NCBI GenBank assembly: GCA_022821865.1
Contig: JAJECW010000007.1
Coordinates: 1 to 32,000, forward strand
DNA from: Pseudomonadales bacterium
GTDB taxonomy: Bacteria > Pseudomonadota > Gammaproteobacteria > Pseudomonadales > Pseudohongiellaceae
Direction: 5' to 3'
DNA: 32,000 bases
A program made the translations under genes and the position numbers. Shown here in pieces: positions 24,702 to 31,465 of the stretch. How positions within the stretch are numbered: position 1 is the first letter of the stretch; each line of letters begins with the position of its first letter. Under the pieces are notes generated by a model that did no database searches, was not told where the DNA came from, and saw only the letters and a program-made list of their open reading frames with translations.

Positions 24702-27053
24702 TCAGGCGGCGGATTGGCAGGCGCGCCAGACGGTTTCCGGCGTCGCCGGCATTTCCACATGTCTGGCGCCGATGGCGTTGGCGATGGCATTGATCACGGC
24801 GGGCGGCGCGCCAATCGCGCCGGCTTCGCCGCAACCCTTCACCCCAAGTGGATTATGCGGCGGGTCCGTCGGCGCATAGCCAATACGGAAATCCGGGGCA
24901 TTGTCCGCCCTGGGCATGGCGTAATCCATGAAGGACGCGGTCACGAGCTGGCCGTCGCTGTCGTACCGGCAGCCTTCGAGCAGGGCCTGACCGATGCCGT
25001 GAACAATGCCGCCATGCACCTGGCCTTCGACGATCATCGGGTTGACGAGCCTGCCGAAATCATCCACCGCGGTGTAATCGGCGATTTCCACCTCGCCGGT
25101 ATCCGGGTCCACCTCGACTTCGCAGATATGGGTGCCGGCGGGGAAGGAGAAGTTCATCGGGTCGAAGAAGGCGTTTTCGTCAAAGCCGGGTTCGACGCCC
25201 TCCGGGTAGTTGTGCGGCACATAGGCGGTGAAGGCGACTTCGGCGATATTCATCGACTTGTCGGTGCCCGCCACGGTGTAGTTGCCATCGGCGAATTCGA
25301 TGTCGCCCTCGGCGGCTTCCATGGCGTGGGCGGCGATTTTCCTGCCCTTGGCGATGAGCTTGTCGCAGGCTTTGGCAATCGCCACGCCTCCCACCGCGAG
25401 GGAGCGCGAGCCGTAGGTGCCCATGCCAAACTGGGTTCGCGCGGTATCGCCGTGAATCACCTCGATGTTCTCGAAAGGAACGCCGAGCTGGTCGCAGACG
25501 AGCTGGGCAAAGGTCGTTTCGTGGCCCTGGCCGTGGGAATGGGTGCCGGTGAACACCTGCACATTGCCGGTGGGATTGAAACGCACTTGGGCCGATTCCC
25601 ACAGGCCGACACCGCCGCCTAGCTGGCCCACAGCCGCCGAAGGCGCGATGCCACAGGCTTCCACGTAGGAGGAAAAGCCGATGCCCCGCAGTTTGCCCCG
25701 GGACCTGGCTTCCTCCGCCCTGGCCGCGAATCCGGCGTAATCGGCCAGTTCCATGGCCTGATCGAGTGCCGCTTCGTAGTCGCCGCTGTCGTAGCACTGC
25801 ACCACCGGCGTCTGATAGGGGAAGGCGTCTTTCGGGATGAAGTTGCGCCGCCGGATTTCCGCCGGGTCGAGGCCCATGTCCGCCGCGCAGACATCCACGA
25901 GCCGCTCCAGCAGATAGGTCGCTTCCGGGCGCCCGGCGCCGCGGCTGGCGTCCACTGGCGCGGTATTGGTGAACACCGCCTTCACTTCGGAATAGATCAG
26001 CGGCGTGGCATACTGGCCGGCAAGCAGGAAAGCGTACAGGTAACTCGGCACCATGGTGGAAAAAGTCGACAGATAGGCTCCGAGATTCGCTGTGGTATGC
26101 ACCCGCATGGCGAGAAACCCGCCGTTCTCGTCAAGCGCCATTTCCGCCCGGGATACGTGGTCGCGGCCGTGGGCGTCGGCCATGAAGGCTTCGCTGCGGT
26201 CCCCGGTCCACTTGACGGGCCGATTGATCTTGCGACAGGCCCAGCCCACCACGAGTTCCTCGGCGTAGACGAAAATCTTGGCGCCGAAACCGCCACCCAC
26301 ATCGGGGCCCACCACGCGCAACTTGTGCTCCGGCGCGAGTTGATTGAACGCCGCGAGCACGAGCCGGTGCACATGCGGATTCTGGGTCGTCATGTGCAGG
26401 GTGATCTCTTCGGTGCCCGAGTTGTATTCGCCGAGGGCGGCGCGGGGCTCCATGGGGTTGGTCACCATGCGGTTGTTGGTGAGTTCGATGCTGGAAATCT
26501 TGTGGGCCGAAGCGAAGGCTTCGTCGTTGGCGGCCTTGTCGCCAAAAGGCCAATTGAAGCAGACATTGTTCGGAGCCACATCGTGAATCTGCTGCTGGCC
26601 TTCGCCGGCCGCATCGCCGGTGCTGGAAACCGCCGGCAGCGGGCGGTATTTCACGTCCACCAGCTCCGCAGCATCCTGCGCCTGTGTCAGCGTTTCCGCA
26701 ATGACAATCGCCACATGATCGCCAACATGGTTGACCTTGCCCTGGGCCAGGGCCGGGTGGGCCGGCGCCCGGTGGGGCTCGCCGTCGTCGCTGGTTACGG
26801 TTACGCCGCAGATGAGCGGGCCGATGCCGTCGGCGGCGAGATCATCGCCGGTGAGCACGGCAACCACCCCGGGGGCGGCGGCAGCGGCGGAAGTGTCAAT
26901 GCCTTCGATGACGGCATGGGCGTGGGGAGAGCGCAGAAAATACGCGTGGGTCTGGCCGGCGACATTGATATCGTCGGTGTAACGCCCTTTGCCGAGCAGA
27001 AATCGCTGGTCTTCCTTGCGGCGCACGCTGGCGCCGATGCCTTGTTCGCGCAT
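24702..27053 (-). CDS. coxL: Mo-hydroxylase large (molybdopterin) subunit, form-II CoxL-like
   Basis: 783 aa from ATG 27053 ([28 protein letters not shown]). The active-site loop ASRGAGR (25929-25949) resembles the form-II AYRGAGR motif, not the form-I AYxCSFR motif. The ORF extension to 27410 overlaps coxS and is rejected. Confidence 0.9.
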   Translation of the reverse strand: MREQGIGASVRRKEDQRFLLGKGRYTDDINVAGQTHAYFLRSPHAHAVIEGIDTSAAAAAPGVVAVLTGDDLAADGIGPLICGVTVTSDDGEPHRAPAHPALAQGKVNHVGDHVAIVIAETLTQAQDAAELVDVKYRPLPAVSSTGDAAGEGQQQIHDVAPNNVCFNWPFGDKAANDEAFASAHKISSIELTNNRMVTNPMEPRAALGEYNSGTEEITLHMTTQNPHVHRLVLAAFNQLAPEHKLRVVGPDVGGGFGAKIFVYAEELVVGWACRKINRPVKWTGDRSEAFMADAHGRDHVSRAEMALDENGGFLAMRVHTTANLGAYLSTFSTMVPSYLYAFLLAGQYATPLIYSEVKAVFTNTAPVDASRGAGRPEATYLLERLVDVCAADMGLDPAEIRRRNFIPKDAFPYQTPVVQCYDSGDYEAALDQAMELADYAGFAARAEEARSRGKLRGIGFSSYVEACGIAPSAAVGQLGGGVGLWESAQVRFNPTGNVQVFTGTHSHGQGHETTFAQLVCDQLGVPFENIEVIHGDTARTQFGMGTYGSRSLAVGGVAIAKACDKLIAKGRKIAAHAMEAAEGDIEFADGNYTVAGTDKSMNIAEVAFTAYVPHNYPEGVEPGFDENAFFDPMNFSFPAGTHICEVEVDPDTGEVEIADYTAVDDFGRLVNPMIVEGQVHGGIVHGIGQALLEGCRYDSDGQLVTASFMDYAMPRADNAPDFRIGYAPTDPPHNPLGVKGCGEAGAIGAPPAVINAIANAIGARHVEMPATPETVWRACQSAA

Positions 27054-27055
27054 GT

Positions 27056-27523
27056 TCAATCCCCCATGGCCCGGGCGCCTTCCCGGATCGACTTGACGAT
27101 GTTCTGGTAGCCGGTGCAGCGGCAGATATTGCCGTTCAACTCCCGGCGCACGGTGGCCGCATCGAGCTCCTTGCCGTGGCGGTTGACGATATCGAGGCCC
27201 GACATGACCATTCCCGGCGTACAGAAGCCGCATTGCAGGCCATGGTTGTCCATGAAGGCTTGCTGCATGGGATGCAGTTCCGCGCCATTGGCAAGCCCTT
27301 CGATGGTGGTGACGTCGCAGCCGTCGGCCATGGCCGCGAGCATGGTGCAGGACTTGACGGACTTGCCGTCCACCATCACCACGCAGGCGCCGCACTGGCT
27401 GGTGTCGCAACCCACATGGGTGCCGGTCAGGCGAAGCTGTTCCCGCAGAAAGTCCACGAGCAGCGTTCTGGCCTCCACCTCCCCCGAGGCGGTCTGGCCA
27501 TTCACAGTCAGATCAATTTTCAT
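27056..27523 (-). CDS. coxS: Mo-hydroxylase small (2x[2Fe-2S]) subunit
   Basis: 155 aa with cysteine motifs [16 protein letters not shown] and CRCTGY. RBS ggaaggag. Confidence 0.9.
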   Translation of the reverse strand: MKIDLTVNGQTASGEVEARTLLVDFLREQLRLTGTHVGCDTSQCGACVVMVDGKSVKSCTMLAAMADGCDVTTIEGLANGAELHPMQQAFMDNHGLQCGFCTPGMVMSGLDIVNRHGKELDAATVRRELNGNICRCTGYQNIVKSIREGARAMGD

Positions 27524-27566
27524 ATTCAGCGTTCTCCTTCCGAATCTGTCAGCTGGCTTCTGCGCC

Positions 27567-27595
27567 GACCAGGAGCCTGCGCCGCAGGATCCTGG
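27567..27595 (+). repeat. C-motif copy C5 (most palindromic copy)
   Basis: Within gaccaggagcctgcgccgcaggatcctgg, the 27-nt segment 27569-27595 reads ccagga-g-cctgcg-c-cgcagg-a-tcctgg. It is a near-perfect palindrome with only the centre and one flanking pair unpaired. Confidence 0.85.
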
Positions 27596-27641
27596 GTCCG
27601 GCCTATTGAATCACATCGGAACCTGGTAGCCTATTCCATGC

Positions 27642-27731
27642 CCAAGTATTCTCTGAAAAATTCCATCCATGGAATTTTTCATTGTCACTTCCATGTGCCG
27701 CAGGGAAGCTCTGACTTAATCAGAGCTTCCC
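27642..27731 (-). repeat. Mosaic element copy A3 (M1 joined directly to M4; no M2 or M3), inverted
   Basis: The reverse complement reads gggaagctctgattaagtcagagcttccctgcggcacatggaagtg-acaatgaaaaattccatggatggaatttttcagagaatacttgg. The M4 hairpin is 27655-27680. A complete 12-bp M1 hairpin gggaagctctga/cttaa/tcagagcttccc is at 27703-27731. Confidence 0.9.
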
Positions 27732-27735
27732 TAAT

Positions 27736-28071
27736 CTACAAATCGTGAAACCATATCGGAATCAACAACCACGCCGGAAACACATAGGCGGCGATCACCA
27801 GCACCGCCGATCCACCGCGGGATTGCGCATATCTCGCACAAATCAACAGCAGCGGCGTCAACAAAAACAATCTGGCGACGATGGTGTTGCCACCCAGCCC
27901 CGCATACAGGGCCAGGGGAGTCGAAAACAGGGCCGCCAACCAGAAATAGCCCTTGTTGGACGAAAAAATCCCGGCCACTGCGTTCACCGGGGACAGCAAG
28001 GTGGAAAGCCAGAACATCAAGAGGATCAGAGTGATGCCCGTGCCTGAACCGGAAACTTGCAACTCGGACAT
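27736..28071 (-). CDS. Small polytopic membrane protein of unknown function
   Basis: 111 aa with three or four hydrophobic helices. Its ATG shares one nt with the coxG stop (TGATG), which suggests translational coupling. Confidence 0.5.
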   Translation of the reverse strand: MSELQVSGSGTGITLILLMFWLSTLLSPVNAVAGIFSSNKGYFWLAALFSTPLALYAGLGGNTIVARLFLLTPLLLICARYAQSRGGSAVLVIAAYVFPAWLLIPIWFHDL

Positions 28072-28643
28072 CAGAGAAGCCAGAAAACCGCCAGCGCCGC
28101 AGCAATCAAGATGGCGCCGATGACGACCGGGCGACTGATCGCGCCGGAATCGGCTGTGTTCGCCGCGGCTTCGGTCTCAACCGGCTCTTCGGCGGGAGGC
28201 TCCCGGCTGGCGATTTCCTCGCTGAGGCGGGAGAAAAACTGGTCGGCAAGTTTGCCGGCGGCGCCGTCGATCAGCCTGCCGCCGAGCTGGGCGAGCTTGC
28301 CGCCGACGCTGGCCCTGGCGGTGTATTCGAGACGGGTCCCCTCGCCTTCCTCTACCAGAGCCACCCGGGCGCTGCCATTGGCGAAACCCGCGGTGCCGCC
28401 CTGACCTTTGCCCTTGATCAGATAGCTGTTGGGCGGGTCGAGTTCGTCGAGTTCGATGGCAAAGCTGAAACCCGCCTTCACCGGCCCGATGCGATTGGTG
28501 ATGCGGGCGCTGAACCGATTGTCACCGGTGCGCTCGAAACTCTCACAGCCGGGAATGGCCGCCTTGAGGATTTCCGGATCGTTAAGCGCATCCCAGACCT
28601 GTCGGCGGCTTGCAGCGATACTCTGCTGCGCTTTCATTTCCAT
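28071..28643 (-). CDS. coxG: CoxG-like SRPBCC protein with a C-terminal transmembrane anchor
   Basis: 190 aa from ATG 28643. MEMKAQQSIAASRRQVWDALNDPEILKAAIPGCESF is typical of the CoxG/SRPBCC family. An acidic linker is followed by the terminal helix RPVVIGAILIAAALAVFWLL. Confidence 0.75.
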   Translation of the reverse strand: MEMKAQQSIAASRRQVWDALNDPEILKAAIPGCESFERTGDNRFSARITNRIGPVKAGFSFAIELDELDPPNSYLIKGKGQGGTAGFANGSARVALVEEGEGTRLEYTARASVGGKLAQLGGRLIDGAAGKLADQFFSRLSEEIASREPPAEEPVETEAAANTADSGAISRPVVIGAILIAAALAVFWLL

Positions 28644-28737
28644 AATGGCGATTCCCCCTTTGCGGTGTCGGCGACGGCTTGTTTTCCCCGGTGGCCGGAG
28701 AATATCATCACCGCGCAAAGCAATGCGACACCGTCCC

Positions 28738-28749
28738 ACGAAATTTCGT
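28738..28749. promoter_or_regulatory. Perfect 12-bp palindrome ACGAAATTTCGT in the divergent coxG / ThDP-enzyme control region
   Basis: acgaaatttcgt lies 20 nt upstream of the ThDP-enzyme ATG (28769), in a repeat-free 125-nt divergent spacer. Confidence 0.3.
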
Positions 28750-28768
28750 TCCCCACAAGGATTCCAGC

Positions 28769-30334
28769 ATGAACGGCGCCAAGGCCCTGATCGAAACCCT
28801 GGCCGATTGCGGCATCGAATTCTGTATCGCCAATCCCGGCACATCCGAGATGCATCTGGTTCAGGCGCTGGACAGCGTGCCGCGCATGAAGTCGGTGCTC
28901 GCCCTGTTCGAGGGCGTCTGCACCGGCGCCGCCGACGGCGTCGGCAGGATGACCGGCAAACCCGCCGCGACCTTGCTGCATCTCGGGCCGGGACTGGCGA
29001 ACGGCATTGCCAACCTGCACAACGCCCGGCGCGCGAATACGCCGATGGTCAACATCGTCGGCAATCATCCGCATTACCACATCGGTTTCGACGCACCGCT
29101 GACCTCAGACATCGAAACCCTGGCGCGCAATTACTCGTGCTGGGTCAAGTCCTGCTCCACGAGCGGCAGTCTGGCCCAGGACGGCGCCGACGCCGTCAGC
29201 GCCAGTTTGCGCAGTCACGGCGGCAGCGCGGGACAGATCGCCACGCTGATCCCGGGCGCCGACGCGGCCTGGGGCGAAAGTCCGGGGCCGGCGCCGGCGA
29301 ATTCCACGCCTGCACGGGCGAAAGTCGACGAACGGGCGATCGAGAACATCGCCGGCCTGCTCGGCAACGGCCAACGCACGGCCCTGTTGCTTGAGCACCA
29401 CGGAACCACTCCCGCGGCGCTGGAAGCCGCCGGCCGCATCGCCGCGAAAACCGGCTGCCGGCTGCTCAACGGCACTTTCCCCGCCCGTGTCGACGGCGGA
29501 CCGGGAAGAATCGCGGTCGAGCGCCTGCCCTACTTCCCGGAACAGGTGCTGGCGGAAATCGCCGACGTCAAGCAACTCGTAATCGTCGGCGGCAACGCGC
29601 CGGCGAGTTTCTTCGCCTACAAGGGCGTGCCGGGACGCCTGATTCCCGAAAATTGCGCCGTCAGCCGCCTGACCGCGGTGGAAGAGGACGCAGTTGATGC
29701 ACTGGAACGGCTGGCCGAGCGAGTCGGCGCGGAAAAGTCGCAGCCGAACCGTTTCGAACGCCGCGAGATTCCGCTGCCCGAAGGTCCTCTGAACACGCGC
29801 AACATCATCCAGGGCATCGCCGCCACCATGCCGGAAGACGTCATTGTCTGCACCGACTCAGGCGGCGGCAACGCCGCCTACCCTTATTGCCAGAACACCG
29901 CGACGAACAGTTGGCTCAGCCTCACCGGCGGCGCCATCGGCCAGGGCGGCCCCGTCGCCACCGGCGCCGCTCTCGCCTGCCCCGACCGCCCGGTGCTGGC
30001 GCTGCTCGGCGACGGCGGCGCGGCCTACACCAACCAGAGCTTCTGGACCCAGGCCCGCGAAGGTCTCAACGTCACCACGCTGATCTTCGCCAATCGCACC
30101 TACAACATCCTCAACGTCGAGTACACCCGGCTCGGCATTACCGAAACCGGCGACATCGCCGCCAGTCTCTTCGACATCGGCAACCCAGAAATCGACTGGG
30201 TCCAAATGGCCGCCAGCATGGGCGTACCCGGAAGCAAGGCCGACACCGCCGAAGAACTCGTCACGCTACTGCAACGCGGCTACCGCGAACCCGGCCCCTT
30301 CCTCATCCAGGCCAACGGCGAAATGCAGCGGTAG
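28769..30334 (+). CDS. Thiamine-diphosphate-dependent enzyme (acetolactate synthase large-subunit-like family)
   Basis: 521 aa from ATG 28769 with an aagga RBS. The N-terminal Pyr domain has GAKALIETLADCGIEFCIANPGTSEMHLVQAL. The ThDP-binding motif is GDGGAAYTNQSFWTQAREGLNVTTLIFANRTYN. Confidence 0.8.
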   Translation: MNGAKALIETLADCGIEFCIANPGTSEMHLVQALDSVPRMKSVLALFEGVCTGAADGVGRMTGKPAATLLHLGPGLANGIANLHNARRANTPMVNIVGNHPHYHIGFDAPLTSDIETLARNYSCWVKSCSTSGSLAQDGADAVSASLRSHGGSAGQIATLIPGADAAWGESPGPAPANSTPARAKVDERAIENIAGLLGNGQRTALLLEHHGTTPAALEAAGRIAAKTGCRLLNGTFPARVDGGPGRIAVERLPYFPEQVLAEIADVKQLVIVGGNAPASFFAYKGVPGRLIPENCAVSRLTAVEEDAVDALERLAERVGAEKSQPNRFERREIPLPEGPLNTRNIIQGIAATMPEDVIVCTDSGGGNAAYPYCQNTATNSWLSLTGGAIGQGGPVATGAALACPDRPVLALLGDGGAAYTNQSFWTQAREGLNVTTLIFANRTYNILNVEYTRLGITETGDIAASLFDIGNPEIDWVQMAASMGVPGSKADTAEELVTLLQRGYREPGPFLIQANGEMQR

Positions 30335-30366
30335 TGGAACTCAGCTTGCACATCGTCGGTGCATAT

Positions 30367-30405
30367 CCAGAAGCCTGTGCCGCAGGAATTCACGGCTGCA
30401 AAGCC
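30367..30405 (+). repeat. C-motif copy C6 (extended form)
   Basis: ccagaagcctgtgccgcaggaattcacggctgcaaagcc. It abuts the HTH gene start. Confidence 0.8.
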
Positions 30406-30420
30406 AAGTTGCGCGAATCC

Positions 30421-30660
30421 ATGCTTCTCCATGAGTTGCGAGAGGCGCGGGCTCTGACTCAGAAAGCAATGGGCGAAGTTCTCAAGGTCAGGCAACCGGC
30501 GGTCACCAAGCTGGAATGCCGCACAGATATGTATGTCTCGAACCTTCGGGCATACATCGAAGCGATGGCCGGACAACTGAAAATCGTTGCCGAATTTCCG
30601 CAAGGCAGCGTGGCCATTACCAATTTTTCCGAAGCCGGGGAAGAAAACACAACAAGCTGA
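30421..30660 (+). CDS. XRE-family helix-turn-helix protein (antitoxin-like, orphan)
   Basis: 79 aa. LRELREARALTQKAMGEVLKVRQPAVTKLE is a classic HTH_3 core, followed by the C-terminal LRAYIEAMAGQLKIVAEFP. A TTG at 30409 is an alternative start. The upstream part of ORF 29887..30660 overlaps the ThDP-enzyme gene and is spurious. Confidence 0.7.
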   Translation: MLLHELREARALTQKAMGEVLKVRQPAVTKLECRTDMYVSNLRAYIEAMAGQLKIVAEFPQGSVAITNFSEAGEENTTS

Positions 30661-30716
30661 GTTTGCTCCCCATCAATCCGCGGGAGCAGACCTTCGCCGT
30701 CCCTTTTCACTGTTTG

Positions 30717-30746
30717 TGTGCCAGATTGTGTGTTAACCTTGGCACA
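30717..30746. promoter_or_regulatory. Inverted repeat TGTGCCA-N16-TGGCACA overlapping the vapB start codon (candidate autoregulatory operator)
   Basis: tgtgcca is at 30717-30723 and tggcaca at 30740-30746. The final a is the A of the vapB ATG. ttgtgtg also occurs twice within 30714-30732. Confidence 0.4.
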
Positions 30747-30985
30747 TGCGTATACATATAGCCTTGGATGAACAATTGGTCGCTGATCTGGACCGACGTG
30801 CCGGCGCGCGAAAACGGAGCGCTTATGTCGCGGAGTTGATCAGACGTGGACTTGAAGACGAGCGCCGAGCGGACGAAATCGACGCGGCGCTCGGCAGCTT
30901 GGCCGATTCCGGACATGATTGGGATGAAGACCCGGCGGCTTGGGTGAGACTGCAGCGCCAAGGCGATAAACGGCGCTCAGGATGA
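30746..30985 (+). CDS. vapB: Ribbon-helix-helix type II antitoxin (VapB-like)
   Basis: 79 aa. MRIHIALDEQLVADLD is a CopG/RHH-like N-terminus and the C-terminal half is acidic. The stop overlaps the PIN gene start (ATGA). Confidence 0.6.
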   Translation: MRIHIALDEQLVADLDRRAGARKRSAYVAELIRRGLEDERRADEIDAALGSLADSGHDWDEDPAAWVRLQRQGDKRRSG

Positions 30986-31380
30986 CAATGGCCCGATTGC
31001 TGCTGGACACGACCGTGCTGATCGACGCACTTCGCGGGCGTCCCGCCGCGGCACACATTAAAAGGATCCGACGCACCGGCACGGAGTTTTGGGTGTGCGC
31101 CATTTCAGTCGAGGAAATATGGCGAGGCCTCCTCCCTGGTGAGGAATTGCCAGCGCGCAGACTGTTCAATGGCTTGAGGTTGGCGCCGCTGGGTGTGCCT
31201 GAAGGAAGACAAGCCGGATCATGGCGCAGATCGTTTGCTTCGAATGGCGTCACCTTGCATCAGGCCGACTGCCTGATAGCGGCAGCAGCTGCCGGTGTTG
31301 GTGCGGGACTTGCCACGGCAAACGTCGATGACTTTCCCATGCCCGAGATCGAAGTTCAGCATTGGCCGGTCGGGGCATGA
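30982..31380 (+). CDS. vapC: PIN-domain ribonuclease toxin (VapC)
   Basis: 132 aa with LLDTTVLID (first acidic residue), SVEE, QADCLIAAAA and ATANVDDF, which are PIN signature positions. Confidence 0.8.
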   Translation: MTMARLLLDTTVLIDALRGRPAAAHIKRIRRTGTEFWVCAISVEEIWRGLLPGEELPARRLFNGLRLAPLGVPEGRQAGSWRRSFASNGVTLHQADCLIAAAAAGVGAGLATANVDDFPMPEIEVQHWPVGA

Positions 31381-31405
31381 CACTTCACTATGACTTGATA
31401 CTGTT

Positions 31406-31443
31406 CCAGAAGCCTGCACCGTAGGAATATGTGAACAGGCTGG
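31406..31443 (+). repeat. C-motif copy C7 (diverged)
   Basis: ccagaagcctgcaccgtaggaatatgtgaacaggctgg. The first 11 nt are identical to C6. It lies between the convergent vapC and SSF transporter genes. Confidence 0.65.
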
Positions 31444-31465
31444 TAACCCAATAGCGGCCAAGCTC

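Noticed and set aside
27054-27410. Upstream extensions of the coxL (to 27410), coxM (to 24790), coxG (to 28844), cupin (to 3089) and serine hydrolase (from 15018) ORFs
   Set aside because: The extensions overlap neighbouring genes or repeats and are basic and low in complexity. In each case an internal ATG or TTG with a plausible RBS gives a canonical family N-terminus or signal peptide.
29887-30420. Long N-terminal extension of the HTH ORF (257 aa, 29887..30660)
   Set aside because: The extension overlaps the ThDP enzyme gene in another frame, is Arg/Pro-rich and runs through the C6 repeat. Only the last 79 codons have HTH features.
30335-31465. Integron gene cassettes with attC sites around the HTH and vapBC genes
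   Set aside because: The flanking C motifs lack the RYYYAAC / GTTRRRY core sites and the attC bulged-hairpin layout. No intI gene or attI site is in the window. The idea is kept only as a loose analogy.
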